Shown: piece by piece, positions 38,078-52,783 of the stretch | Layout of the letters: each line of letters opens with the position of its first letter | Numbering within the stretch: the first letter of the stretch is position 1 | Assembly: GCA_023213395.1 (NCBI GenBank) | Contig: CM041465.1 | Location: forward strand, 251,913,741-251,977,740 | From: Cycas panzhihuaensis | Taxonomy: Eukaryota > Plantae > Cycadophyta | Direction: 5' to 3' | DNA: 64,000 nt | The notes under the pieces: generated by a model | What the model saw: only the letters and a program-made list of their open reading frames with translations | Told to the model about the DNA's origin: nothing | The model's database searches: none | Position numbers and translations under genes: made by a program

Positions 38078-39419
38078 CAAATTAAAGAACCCTAATAAGC
38101 ATGTTATAGAAGTAATCTAAGACCTCTTAGTGACATGACTTCTCCCTAGGCTGACAATGGCAATGACCTATAACTACTAGAAATATAGGACATGGTATTA
38201 ATCCAAGGACCTCTACAAATTCTCCACTTCGTATGTGTATCATCTCCTTATTCCAAGCCTTGCTCAAGCAACAATACTTGGTTGTAAGTGGAACTATATT
38301 TATGTTAAAAGTCTATGGTCTAAAAGAGTTGAATAGCCCTAGAGAGCTCCACTAGAGCTCCAAAATGCCTTATCTATTTAGTCCATCTTAAGTCAAGGAT
38401 TAGTCACTAGAGATATGCTAGATAAGTTAGGAAATAATAAGTTCAGTTGCCCCAATTACAGAAAAATAAAAGCCATGAAACAATTGTAATGATAGTGCCC
38501 CTGTGACAAGGGTGCATAGAGACTTACAAAATCTTTTACTCAACCTATACTCTATTATCAATTAGGGTGGAGTGCTACTGTCCTTCGAGGTATCCAACCT
38601 TGTCTCAAACCTTCAATAGTGATTTGGACATTCAAAAGGTGGAAGTATTATATGCCATACAGAAGCACAAGAAGAGGATTACATCAGCTAGTGCCTTACC
38701 TCCTACTATTATGTTGATTGGATGATATGAAATGTGCTAACCAATTGTGTTTTACATAGCAATGCATAAAAAGAATGTTTAGCTTAAGCCTACCTATTTC
38801 AAAGAATTAACTAAAGTCCCTCGATAAAATGCTAATACAACTCAACACAACAAAATCTTAAGCAAACACTAGCAACATGTAGCCTTGTTCCAAATCTAGG
38901 CCCAAATAGAGATGTAACTACCAAAACAAAATGTTCCCATCATCCACCTTCCCATGTCAATTGAGACTATACCAAACACTACCAAACTATGCCCTCAATG
39001 ATCCCAAAATTGGGAAATTCTAACCAATTCAGTATCTCTTCACATTGATGTTGCACTATGCCTTTACAGATCTTTAGATCTGATCTATTTACTTTATGTT
39101 ATGTCTAGCTAGTTGAAAAGATGTTGTAATATTTGTGGGTTTTTTTTACACACTCCCCAACCCTCCAATATTAGATAATTATTTCTTTCCCTCAACCAAA
39201 CTATGGTTTTCCCATGAGGGTGTCAAGGCCTATACAAACATTTTTTGTTGTAATTGTATGTAATTTTCCTATCAATAGGAGCACAATCTCCACTCCCCCC
39301 ACCCTCCCCCACAACCAAAAAAAGAAATAAAATCAAATACCACTTAAGGAAATATGTTTGCAAACATCCAAATTAAAGTAGGGTGACTTTGAGCCAAACA
39401 TTGCTTATAGCTTGTGTTA

Positions 39420-40660
39420 GCACTCACTTGATTATTTCCAATGGGATAAAAAGAGTAAATTCCATGACTTTCTATTTTAGGAAAATGCATTTTTCATTCT
39501 TTAACAATTTGGGTTTGTCACGATCACAACTTAAAATTCTACAAAATGAATAATTTGATAAAAAATGTACACATACAATCCCAACTCAAGATCCATAACA
39601 TAGATCTATTGAACATCATATTTTAAGAATTTTCTCTACCAAGGATCTGTTAGCTACTTGATGCAAATTTGATATCCCCACCAATCTTACTATGTCTAAT
39701 AAAGCACAGGCATGAACCTTCTTCGATAGGAAAATTATGGGCATCTTCTAATCTGAATAAGATAAGCATTTTCCTTGTCATTCAATCTACATGACTCAAA
39801 CCTAAAACATGCGCTATATTATTCATCTATACCAGTCCACCAATGTACAAGTTGCATTCCATATTAGATCCCTCCCCCACCCCCTCCCCCTCTTTAAAAC
39901 AAAAAAAAAAAAAAACATCATGTTCAACATTTTATTATTTATTCCTTTTGTTTTGATTACTAAATTCTAACAATTAAACTATAGCATTGAGGTGGAATAT
40001 GATCATTATTAAGACACACTTATGTGGAATCCTAAATTATCATACTAATGTTTTATTTAATTTGTACATGTCAGTATTTCTTTTTAAGCAAACACACTAT
40101 TTTGACACATCAATTACTGCATTAAAATAGAATGTGGTCACTAGAAAAGCCATGCTCTTGCATGCAAGGCTAGATTACTAACCACATCTTAACATATTTG
40201 GCATCCAATTTGAGCCCTCACCAATATAGTGATAGCATGGTGTAGTAAGTAATGTTTGCATCAATAATTAGGCTTACCAAACTCTTGATACACATGGGCC
40301 TACATTGTACAAAGATTAGGCATTTTATGACAAATATTGTTTTTTATGCATTTCGAATTAATTTTAGGGTAAATACTCAAAGGACAACATCCCTTCATGA
40401 TAAACATTAGTCTTCTTATTTTTAAATCAAGACAATCTATGCAAAGCCTCTCTTCTATAAATAATAAAATGACCTTCCAATCATAGAATCTCCATGTTGT
40501 TTAATGCTTTTGCCATCCTACTACTTTTATCAAAAAATGACTTTGCAATTTATTTTTTCCCCCAAAGAATTACTAAATGTGACTTCTGCAATGTATTCCA
40601 TACATTTTGAGGTCCAAAAAATCTTCGCTCATTTATAATTGCTAACATTCAAATTTTATG
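39420..40660 (-). pseudogene. Highly decayed LINE ORF2 remnant
   Basis: Minus strand shows SIKQHGD (cf. GIRQGD) at ~40490 and GISNLHQVANRSLVEK (cf. GLGI.NL...N.ALL.K) at ~39640-39685. Confidence 0.4.
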
Positions 40661-43129
40661 TCTTTCAAATGGATATATATATATATATATAAGGTTTAAT
40701 TAATACTTGATTTAGGATTATGCAATAATCCTATTACACTCTCCCCTTTTAAGAGGAATTCCTTCATTGCTCAACCTAGTTATAACAATTTTTTAAAAGG
40801 ATTTTATGTTTTGATGGCGGGTTCAATGTTTTGAACATCTTTGATTGAGTTGGAATAGCCTTTCCATTCTTGAGGTACTTCACAATGTTTTTCCTTATAA
40901 ATTGGTTTGCTTGACAACATTGATGATATAGGATGCAACCAACATATCATTTAACCAAGCAATGTGGAATATGGGTGAACTCTCCTCAATTTATAGTTTC
41001 CTAGCCCAAGTTATTAGAACCACACAATGTAGTCTCCACCTGTTCTAAAGCGACTTTCTATTTAACAACTTTCTTTGAGTTATTGGATAGTGGGCAAGGA
41101 ACACATGTTGACATTATGGATGTTGCAATTCAAAAACATTGGAATTTAATAGAGAATGATAGACGCATTCACAAGAATACATCAAAACACATAGTGAAAC
41201 AAAATAACACAGCCCGCAATTAGACACCCAATTGTTAGATGCATTGTTATATTTGAATGGTGAATAAACGCCGTTTGTAGTTTATATAACCACTCAATAG
41301 GTACCTATGAAAACATGAACTCTTCAAGACATCCCTTCAATAGTATTAATTATGATTAATTAATTAATATTTAATTCAAAGCTACATAATAATTTTATTA
41401 TAGTGAAACACAGATGTGAAAGCCAAAGGACATCTATCATAAGAGAACATGATGCAATATTAGGAAAGGAATGCATGCATATAATCTATTAGGATACAAG
41501 CAACAAAAATTCATGCAAGCCCTACAATAGAGGCCACCAAGTGACAACTCCTTGAAGAATAGTAGTAGCATGCAAATAACAGCAAAGTTGATCTTGAAGC
41601 ATTAAAAAGGCATACTCTAATGTCCCCAAAACAACACAAATAGGGAGTTCCTACTATCAAATGACATCACTGTACTAGCCCCTTTTCTACATGTTTTAAC
41701 AATCTATTTGACACAAATTTCAAAGCAAAGAGCCTAGGTAATTGAGCTATTTTCAACTTAGTTTTCAATACTGTATAAACTACACATATTGTACCCTTTG
41801 CCATACCATACCATTTTTTATTTATCACACCCAATAGTAGGTGGATTGTAAGTTCCATATCATTTCTAGTATAGTGTTCATTAATACCACTTAACCAACG
41901 CAATCTCAATAAATAAATCCAAGAAATAAGCACACAAAATTTTCTTAATACAATGAGAGATTGTCAACTAAAGATGACATCTTGTCTTAGAGTTGCCAAG
42001 TAAGCACACTCAAACTAGGGATAGAGACAATGATGAGTCCAAGTGTGTCTATGGGCACATGGTTTTAATCCTTACTAAAACTAGTCCAGAACCAATTGGC
42101 TTGGCATTGATTGGGCCGACAGCCAACACAAGCAGTTTCTCACATCTCAAGCTAGTTTTGGTCAACACAAGACCACCACATGTGGTTTCATGCTTGACCA
42201 AAACTAGCCCAAGCTATGCTTGACCATCTTAAGACACATCCAAGCCCACCCCGTGTGCATCAAGATCCTTTGGGGATGCACTAAGTCATGTGGAATTTGA
42301 ATATAAAATAATTATATTATATTCAAGCACATTCTAATCCTCGTGGCAATTACAACCAAACCAAGCAAGCCTTAATTAAGGACATCCAAATCCATCCCTT
42401 TTGTTATTGTTGAAACTATATCATTAATTATGAAGAATTACATGCAATTTAAAACAAAAATGACGTTGTAAGAAAGATCGCCACCTATGCCAAGCAGCTC
42501 AAGCTTCATCATGAGGGGCAAGAAAAGCCACATTATGTCATGATTACAAAACAAGACCAAAGCCCAATACAATATCCAAACATAATGATCGATTAGCAAT
42601 AACTAAAGGCGTGATTAAATAAGAAAGTATGGGATTAACACCACTAAAATTAGATACACAATCAAGTAGCTAACTCCACCTTTACGCTTTCTCACATTGG
42701 TTGGGACTTAAAATAGGATTCTAAGCAAGTTTGGGATATTGAGCAAGAGGACCACCTAAACCATCCATTCTTCAAATATATTAGGCATTGTTCCAATGTG
42801 TAATGTAGCAATCATTATTCACAAGCATAGATAGGGGATCATTGCTTCATTTGTTATTACTTGTAGCTATATGACCAATTTGATGCCCCCTTCCTCTAAA
42901 TGGTCTCATCTCATTGTTGTCACCCCTACTTATGTTTTAGCTACTAATCTAACAAGAGCCAACCTCAATGTCTGCAAGGAGTTTGTTAGATGTACAAGCA
43001 CTAGCTCCCCACTAACTAATGAGCTATAGGGGATGATAACTTCCATCAAGCCATCTCTACTTGTAGTTTGATCTTTAATGCACAATTATTTGGTATGGTA
43101 GTGCATAACTAGTTAGAAAGTGCATTTAA

Positions 43130-44000
43130 CCCTCAAGCAAGATTGAACACATAATTGTTTATATTCTTCCATATAGCAAGCAAGGATTCAACCTTGAGCA
43201 TTTGCCAAATGACAAAAAATGTTTTAGAGCATGGTCTTGCATATAGCCTAAGAAAGTAGGGATCCAACTAAACATGGAAATGGACATTGGTCAAGCAAAG
43301 TTAATAGTTCGTCGTCAAATATTTTTGATAAATGGGCACTATTAAAAGGCATGTAATATTGTCTCACTCTTACCATAGATTGGGCAAGAAGCATTTTTGC
43401 ACCCTTACTTCAAAAAGCATGACATTAATTGTGAGCACATGGTGAAGAAAATCTGAAGTGAAGAGTTATTTCTTGGGCCCCATTGGTGCTTTCCATAGCC
43501 TTTCAAACCTTTTAGGCCAAATGAAGGTAAACTCCTCAATATTCCATAACTTATTTAGTTTGCTTCTTATATCACAAGGTACTTATAGTAGAAAGCAAAT
43601 AAGATCAATTAAATATTTGGTGAAGCTTTTAGAAACACTTCATGCTTAGTCCTTCCCTAAAGATATCACCCAAGTCCTATGCACCCCTTTGGATAATAGA
43701 AGATTACCACACAAAATATTGATCTATAGTGTGTCATTTCCTTGGGTCATCCCCCCTACATGATAAGAACTTCAAACTTTCCCACCCCTTCCATATGTTA
43801 CTAAACAAGGGTGTTCTAGCTACATCAATTGAGACACAATCTAAAAGAAGGGCTTGGAGTGGCAAGCTATGCCATCTAGTTTCCCCAAATGGAGCTCCTA
43901 TATTATGTAGTACTTGATGAGCACCTTCTATACTCTCCTTCTAGAGCCTTAACATTCTATGTGACACATGAAGTGACACCATATCTCTAAATATCAATGG
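43130..44000 (-). pseudogene. LINE (L1-type) ORF2 C-terminal remnant with zf-RVT
   Basis: Minus strand reads WPKRFERLWKAPMGPKK, then CPIYGKSETILHAF**CPFIKNI*, then LLAIWKNINNYVFN. Confidence 0.75.
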
Positions 44001-44580
44001 TTCAAAAGAAGCACCCTTTTCCATGGACAAGCAACAAATATTCCATCTGATCTGCAAAATCCTTCCTTGCCTTCAACAACTGACCTATTTCACCAAAATC
44101 TAGCCCTTGATTGATTTCTATCTCTCACGTTGATTGTTTTACTTGATCATGGGTGTATTTTCTTATTAAATGAGAATGTATTCTATCGTTTGAAATATCA
44201 CGTTATGCTTTCAATTTAATCTGATATGATTTTAGTGAATCTGAATGCAAGTGATGGATCATGATTGATAATTAGATGATGATGAATATATTATTATATC
44301 TTCTATATGCCGATAAGTAAAAACTATAGCAACAAATCTTTCTTTTTATTCTATTCTGAACCATTTTTCCTTATTTTTCATTTATTTTCAAATCTTTTCC
44401 TCTTGATTTTCATACATTGGTCATCAATTTATGAGTTTTTGGGCATTGTTATTACTTTAACATCTCTTCTGGGCTATTTTCGTCTTCATTATAGTCATAA
44501 TTCTTTCGAATTTTGGACAATGCTATAGACTTTTAATGTCTCTTTTACTCAAATTTTCATTTCCTATTTCCTCACATTTT

Positions 44581-47500
44581 TCTTGGAATAGTAATGCACA
44601 TTTGATTTGTCCCACATGCAAGTGGGTCTTACTCTTTCATCATGACTTGTATTATAAATACACAATATTGTGTATCATATTGTAATGATATTCTGTTAAT
44701 ACAATGAAGGTACCTTAAGGGTACTATTCGATCATGTGGAAGTATTTTGTTTGGTTCTATTTGTGATTATCTTATTGTAGGCCTATTTTCCAACATGGTA
44801 TCAGAGCGCCTAGGTTGAGAGAGGTATTTTTGTTCGGTATTATAGCAGTGATTTGGGAGGTGCCATCAAGGATTGAAAGTATATTTGAGAGAATAAACGT
44901 TGAAATTTCTGAAAAGTAATGGCGAAATTGAGACGAAATGACTCTTTCTATAAAATTTGAAAGGTCGCACTATAGATTTTAGGATGAAAGTGCGAAAATT
45001 GCAGCAGAATTAATTTCGGCCTACCTTTTTTCTGTCGCTGTATGTTTGGGACAGATCTACAAACTCAACTTCAGAGAGCCATAACTTTAGCTACAGGTAT
45101 CCAAATGACTTCAAATTCTTTTTGATTCTATGTGTTTTTTAATTTTCTTTCTAATGGAAGTGGTTTGAGGTTCATCAGAGTTCAGAATAAAAATTATTAA
45201 CAATTTATCGTGCTACTATTACAAATTTAGAAACCCTAATTGTGAAATTCTTAAAATGAGCATAACTTTTGATCTAGATATCAGAATTCAATTTCGTCTA
45301 AACCATTGGAATCGTATTTCAGAGGCCATCGTTTCCATCCATATTTTTTATATTTTTGAGCTATATTATTTTTCAGAAATAAGTTGTTTGGGAATTTAAG
45401 GGTTTCATATTGGTATGGGAACATGAATGAGGCAATGGCAATGAGGTGACTGTTTGATGATCTCTTACGTATGTTGTGCATGGGAGAGTATTATTGCAAT
45501 GTGAGATGATATTATGTCATATGAATATATTTGGCACTCTATTAGTGATTTGAGATATATGATAGTGATTGTTTAATGGCAATTTGAGTGCTTTCTTACA
45601 TGTGTTCATATGAGAGAGCTATTGTGACGATGACATAGTATGGTAATGAAGCGATAGTGCATGTGTTTGCATGAAAGAGTTGGATGGTATATGGCTATTT
45701 AATGCTTCTTGGAATGTGACTTACTTGAAGGAGCTTTATGGGCATGATAAGGTAAATTTGAGGACAAGAAAAATGATGATTTGAGGCAATGAGGTGCTTG
45801 TTGCATGTGAGGTTACATGACAAGATTGAATATTTGTCGGGCATGTTAAGAGCGAAATTAGCATTGTTTTGATGATGTTTCTTCAATTGACTGAATGCAA
45901 AAAATGATGAGTTTTTTTAAGTTACCTGATTTATAGGGAAACAAACTTTGTTGAGTGGTGTTGTGGCATGAGTTGTGTTTTGGGCAATTAAGTGAAATGT
46001 GATTTGTCTTGGCGGTTTAATGGTGACATGAGGTATGCATGATTCCTGTGAGATGTATGTGGTATAAGCTTTGATTCTATGGTGAAAAAAATACTTCATA
46101 TATTCTTTGTATGTGGCTATTTGACAATATGTGAGATGCATAAGGCAATGATGTGATGATGAAGTCAGTGATATGAGGGACATGAAACATGAGAAAGTTT
46201 GTTGAGATTGATGGGTGAATTTGTTGATTGAAAAAGGCACATAGTGTTAGAAAATGGCATTTACAATCATGGAAGATAATGATGTGGTTATATATGCTCC
46301 TGAAACAAATGAATACTACTTAAGGGATTCATTTCTTCCAATACCTAAGTGTAATGGAGAAGACTATTTCTTTTGAACAATTAAAATGAAATACTTTTTC
46401 ATAACTAGAGGTTTGTGGAAGATTGTTACTGATGAATATGATATCCTTAAGAATGAAGAAAAAAAGGAAATGCTTGAGAAGAAAGAAAGGCATTCATTAT
46501 AATTTGTGCAGCATTCAATGAGGTTGATCTTCCTTCCAAATTCTATTTTATCATTCTTATAATTCTACATGCAAGTAATACTAAAGAAGCTTGAGATTTT
46601 CTAAGGGAAGTATTTGAACAATCTCCTGAAGAGACACAACGAATGATTGAAAAGGCAATTAGGGTCAGTTATGGTTATGGTGCAAGTACAATGAATGAAG
46701 AAAATATCAACAACACTGACAAAACGACATGTCAAGATGAAGAATGTATGAGTACTAATAAAATTTCTACTGAATGTAAGGAAATGATGGTTGAATACAT
46801 TGATGAGACTACAATTACTAATGAAGACATTGAAAGTGATGATTTGATAAAGGTTTATATAGATGACCCCATGATTTCAAGAGAAATTGAATACGATGGT
46901 CATATAAAGGATGAGTCTTATATTGATAATGTTCTTATTTTAAGTATTGATTTAAGTTTGAATGATGTTCCTTCTTTGAGTATCAATTCAAGTTCAAAGA
47001 GTATGCAAATTGATCAAGATTCCACTCCAAAGGTTGAAGAAATCATTGTTGTACATAGTGATCAAGAGTTTATACAGGATAATGATGACAGGCAAGTTGT
47101 GATTGAAAATGATTGTTTATAGGATCTACATCATAATCAGACTAGACTAGCCATAATGAAGAATCAGGATTTGCACTTACTAGAGTCGCTACAAGAACAT
47201 CATCACTACATAATAGCAGATGGAAATTAAGCTGAGGACATTATCCTACAAAAGCATCAGTACAGAATTGAAGACGAAAATCAAGATAAAGACATCATTC
47301 TGCAGCAAAGACATCACTATAAGATTGAAGACAAAGATCAAGTTGAAGATATCACTTTCAAGACATTTCCAATGACAAAGCGATGCAAATACAAATAACC
47401 CAAATGTGTATTAAGGGGGAGTGTTGGAATAGTAATGCACATTTGATTTGTCCCACATGCAAGTGGATCATACTCTTCCATCATGACTTGTATTATAAAT

Positions 47501-47636
47501 ACACAATATTGTGTATCATATTGTAATGATATTCTGTTAATACAATGGAGGTGCCTTAAGGGTACCGTTCGATCCTATGGAGGTGTTCTATTTGGTTCTG
47601 TTTGTGATTATCTTATTGCAGATCTATTTTCCAACA
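44581..47636 (+). mobile_element. TR-GAG-type non-autonomous Copia-related element (gag N-terminus only)
   Basis: 215-bp LTRs at 44581-44795 and 47422-47636, perfect TSD ATTTT, PBS tggtatcagagc 44796-44807, PPT aagggggag 47413-47421. Gag from 46254 (PKCNGEDYFF*TIKMK...GLWKIV) is followed by acidic ORF 46643-47122. No pol. Confidence 0.92.
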
Positions 47637-49106
47637 ATTTTTTGGTGTTGCCAAAAATGTTATTTTATTCACAAAATGGGACCAATTGCATTTTATGAAT
47701 AAAATTGCATTTTTCATCCTTTATAAAACGTGACCGATCGTATTTTATGAAAGAAATCGTGTTTTTTATTGTAGCCCATGCAAATGTTTTTTGGTCAAAT
47801 GCCCCATTTTTCTTTCTGGCTTTACATGTCCTTCACACTTCTTTTATGATAGATGGAATGAACTTATCAATTTTCTATGGTTGCATGTTACTTCATGGAT
47901 TGTTAGTTCTTTCATACTTTTATATTTAAGTTCTTATTAGATCATGTGAATAAATTTCAGTTTGTGTGTTGATAGCAAATCTTGCATATTACATTCTATG
48001 ATTTATCTTATTACTTTGAAACTATTTTATGCTTAAAAAGTTGCAAATTTCATAAAAAACACCATACATACAAGAGGAAGGATTTGGTAAAAAGTTTTAT
48101 GCATCTTCAACCTTCGTTATTCGAATCTTCATATAAGCTCCAACTCTCTTATCTAAAGTTTGATAATGTTTTTCTACCGCTCTTTTGCTTCTACTTTGAT
48201 GGATTAATTGTTATACTGTGTCTTTTCTATGCTATCTTTATCATTTTGGTCCTAGTTCTTGTTGTGATTGTTGTTTCCTTGAAAATTTCTTGGCTGAAAT
48301 GTCAACCCTTTGTGAGACTTTCAAGGATTTGCTATAGAGAAGAGAGATCTTCCTCTTCATAATTATTGTATAGTTTTTTTCTCCCATTCTCCATAGTAGT
48401 GAAACTTTCCAAAAGATTTTTGCTCTCATCTTTCTTGTTTTGGCAACGATTTTTTTATGACATCTTTACAAATTCTCTTTTAACTACCTATTTTAAAATG
48501 AAAATTGGTGAACGATCGGAAACTAAAGAAAAATTGCTATCCTAAGGCACAACTATGACATCTTTCATTGAAAAATATTGTTCTTGATTCATGTGATTTT
48601 CTTAGTTCTTTATCTTTATTTTCTTTTTGCAAATGGGTAAAAACATATTTATAGGCTTTACATGTTCTTCTTGTTACTTCTTTCACAAGAGATGGAATGA
48701 AATTAGCAATCTTATTGGTTGAATTAACACTTGCATGAATGTTAATTTGCTCCATGCTCTTATGTTTAAATTTTTTTTGGGTTGTACAAGTGGATTTTGA
48801 ACTTACATGTGAATTGTAAATCTTGCATGTTAATCGTTTGGTCTTGCATGTTAATCGTTCGGACTTATCACCCATGACTTAACTATGACAATGGGTCATG
48901 TACAAAATAACCATTGACTATCTGGAGATATCTTATACTTGGTGAGTGAATGCCTATAATTAGGCCCTTATTGATCTTGTGCACAATGGGATCTCCCAAT
49001 GTAACTATTACTTGAACATAGCATGCTACAGTAAGGAAGGCAACTTGTACGATGGATCTAAAGAGCCCATGAGTTCATCCTAACCCAATTAAAGAAAATA
49101 CACATC

Positions 49107-49303
49107 GAAGCATCCTTGAACAATGTTTGAGCCATTCTTAAGAATGTGGAGCCAAATCTAATGGCTTCAAGCATCCTTGTTAGGAATGGCCATTATATAC
49201 TGCATGTTGAAGCATCCTTGAACAATGTTTGAACCATTCTTAAGAATATGGACCCAAATCCACTGGTTTCAAGCATTCTCATTTGAAATGGCCATTATAT
49301 CCT
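49107..49303 (+). repeat. 102-bp tandem duplication
   Basis: gaagcatccttgaacaatgtttga occurs at 49107 and 49209. Confidence 0.85.
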
Positions 49304-49309
49304 ATCACG

Positions 49310-50760
49310 CATCGTTTTAGTGTTAATCTACATGAACAAAATGTCAATGCTTAATTCCCTTGCTTATTTCATGCCCTTTGCATAGTTAAATGACTATTTA
49401 AGATATCCCTACCTTTATGAAAGCAAATTTACCCCGAATAAACTATTTTAGGGAGTAAAATTTTATTTCTCCTACCTAAGTCCTTAACAAGAATCTTGTA
49501 TAAAAGATCTCATAAGGTAATTAGTCTTCAATTCATAATGACTTCAAGCTCTCCTACTTTGGGGATAAGCCTTATTTTACCATTATTGACCTTTTCACCT
49601 AAGAATCCATGTTTTAAGGCTTCCATCTAAACCGGAATAAGATCTACACCAATGAACTCCCAAGTTACTTTGTAGATATCACAAGGCAAACCGTGTAGAA
49701 CCCTTCTTTATAGTCATCTCATTTAACGCAATTGTCAACTTATGTATCTCAAGGGGCATATCCCTCATCTATATAAATATATGCAAGCCTCTTGTGAACA
49801 CCCCTCCACTTTTGCACCACTTCCCTTCTAGCTCTTGATTTTTCTTGGACTAAGAAAATGTTAGTATAATGAATAATGAAGGCTTTGGCTGTTTCTCTAC
49901 CAATGACTATCCCTAGGTTAGTTTTCAGAATTTGAATATCCTCATTTGCTTCTTCTTAAGGACCTTGAAAAAGAAGTTGAAGCACTTGACCCCCTAATTT
50001 ATCCAATGTAACCTAGCCCTAATTTGAGCCCCTTAAAACTTCCTAAAGTTACATTAACAACTAAAGTATGCTTGGCACATGGTACATGATGTCAAAAGAC
50101 AAAGCTTCCAACCTTATTTTTAGGTCAAATAATTCTTTCAACACCTCCTTATCATTTCTTCATCTTACTATTGCAGCTTGATTACCATACCCTCTCAAGA
50201 AGAACACTATTCTAGCTATGGCACACTCCCACCATCTAATCCACCCCTATCTTCTAAAGATCTAGCAAACAAGTTCCATAACTTCCTAATGCCTCTATAA
50301 TGTGCCTGGCTCTTCAAGTAGGATGTAATGAGCTTGAAGGCAGTACTCCTACTCACTCTCACATTGCAAAACATACAAGCTAGGGCTAAGGTGAGAAAGA
50401 GTGCCATGGTTAAAAGTTTTCATGTCTTCCTAACAAGGCTTAAATGCTAAAGTTATGACCATTAGCTACCATGGTTCTATCCAATCTTTCAAATATGCTA
50501 GCATATTTGTGTCTAGAATTAGACTAGGTAAACCATGGCCTTGGCCTTTTTGCCATCTACATATATTGGGGTCACAGAGACCACCCCTTGCTTTCATTTG
50601 AAGCTACTTCCAACACTTCTCATTATACCCTCTAACATGTAACTTACCCACCTTACACCCAATGTTCTCAATCATATTAAATGGTCCACAAATAACCCAC
50701 GAGGCATTAGGTAAGCCCTCTCTAAGCCACACCTATGGATTTGCTCTTTCAATAAAGGAG
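49310..50760 (-). pseudogene. LINE ORF2 remnant (endonuclease and N-terminal RT)
   Basis: Minus strand reads WVICGPFNMIE (~50690), FFFKVLK (~49965), GLPCDIYKVTWEFIGVDL (~49670) and LIPK...N*RLITL..LYKIL (~49490-49570). Confidence 0.8.
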
Positions 50761-51256
50761 TCCAAAGTGGCAAAAAACAACCTTAGCACCTAAGCAACTA
50801 ATTCAACTACTACAAATGTATTTAGCTTCTAAATACAAAACTTAAAAGGAATCGAAGAGGCAACTAGTTCAATAAATAGAGGTTGGTTACTCAACATTAT
50901 GTTCAAGAAGAAAGTTGAGGCTTAGTGTATAGCCCACCACTACTAGGAAAATGCATAGGAGTGACATTCACATAACACAAATGGTTAACTCAAGAGGGCA
51001 ACATAACATGGAGAGAAGAATCATCAACTAGGTTCTGAGTGGAATATGTACAAGGAATTGAAGGAAGCAACTAGTTAAATAAATAGAGGTTAGCTACTCG
51101 ATGTTGGGTCCAAAGAGTATGTTGAGGCACAATACACACCCCACCATTACTAGGACAATTCATAGCAATGACATTCACATAACACAAATGATTAAGTCAA
51201 TAGGACATCACAAATAACATAACATGGAGAGAAGAATTATCAAATATGTATATTTT

Positions 51257-51450
51257 TTATTTTTCTTTTTGATTCACATGAAGGGGAATCTAGATGCGTG
51301 CACACGCATGCACCCACCTATACCCCACTCACAATACTTAGGGGGATAACTTTTAATGTCTACAACCTCTAGTTGAGTACGCCTAGAATCCACTACGATG
51401 GCCCCCTGAATCGATCTGCAGCCAAGCACCTCAGAATGGGGGTAGCCCAC
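51257..51450 (-). mobile_element. SINE-like/retroposed ~200-bp insertion
   Basis: Absent from the sister LTR. Flanked by the duplicated target caaatatgt(g)tatatttt (51241 and 51451). T-rich run at the left end is an A-tail on the minus strand. Confidence 0.65.
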
Positions 51451-52738
51451 CAAATATGTGTATATTTTATTAGTATAAAGGGGACCTCACTCAAGGACAC
51501 TCCTGAAGGAATACAAGGTGAGGTGTTTGTCATTACAATATATCAAGACAACTTGTACAAGACTCTTGGTATTCTATAACAAAGTATAAAACTATCTAAT
51601 CACTCCTTTAGGTGTCTTCTCTCATCTTTATAGACTCCATGAGAAAAGCTTGTCATTGGAGGAGTTGTATAGTTGTAATTGCTTCTTGTTGCAACTCATT
51701 CTAATAGTTGGCATCTGAATCCACAACAATTCTTCACAACCGATTCTTGCTACCTTAATTACCCCATCTAGCACCTTACCCACACCAGGACCCGTGAATA
51801 ACATTTTATAGCGACATATCATCCATTACAACTCAAACTCTATCCATTTCTTGTCCGTGGTTGCCAACTATCCAATTGTTGGTTGGTTGCTCCTTATCAC
51901 TAGACACTAGTTGCAAGTCATAATCTTTGCTACAGGTTTAGTCATCATCGCCAATCGCAAACTCAACATATGTTGTTGGCTCAATTCTACTTAGTTTTCC
52001 CATTATAACCCTTGTAATCACTAAACATCCCAATTTCAGTGGCAAGCCTTCTTATCATCTATAGATCCTTGTCGTGTGCTTATTTTCAATCTAGATCAAC
52101 TCTGTCTTCCACAATAATGATGGTCTCCATCATTCAACCATCAATGTAGGGAAAAGCCCTTCATCTTCCTCACCAATGTATTTCTAAATCTTATCAACGC
52201 CAATAAATATATCTTCGAAGTACTCTTGTTATGAAGGGTCATGTCCCTCGACCCACATCCTCACTATGCCAAGATGAAGTTCTATATGAGGGAGTGTCCG
52301 TAATTGGAACACATGGGTAACAAGCAATTGTGTTTGCCATTTACTAGGATCACCCCTTAAGTACATAGATAACTCATCAAGAATTGTTAAAGTTAATATT
52401 ACAAGGTTTTTCTAGTGGTTGACCTCTAACCCTAAAGGTTTAAGGAATTACCACCAGCCATACCTCAAGCCCATTTTCATGGTCACTCTACAAGGAGGGT
52501 TCTAACTGATCCACAACCTACTAGCTTTGAGATTACTCACAACTGAAGGTTTTATCTCACTTTACAATTGATAGATTTAGTTTACCAACCACTGCAAGTT
52601 TCTAATTTACCCACAACTCAAAGGTTTATAGCATTCCTTCAACGTTATATAGATTTCCTCATTAAGAAATATACAAATTAGAACAGAAAACATGGGAGTA
52701 CAGATTTCAAAAAATTTTACAAAACACAAACGCATGCA

Positions 52739-52741
<3 letters not shown>

Positions 52742-52780
<39 letters not shown>
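52742..52780. repeat. (AT)n microsatellite
   Basis: Uninterrupted AT dinucleotide run. Confidence 0.95.

Positions 52781-52783
<3 letters not shown>

Noticed and set aside
41100-42700. Possible solo LTR(s)
   Set aside because: No partner repeat, PBS/PPT or TSD could be established.
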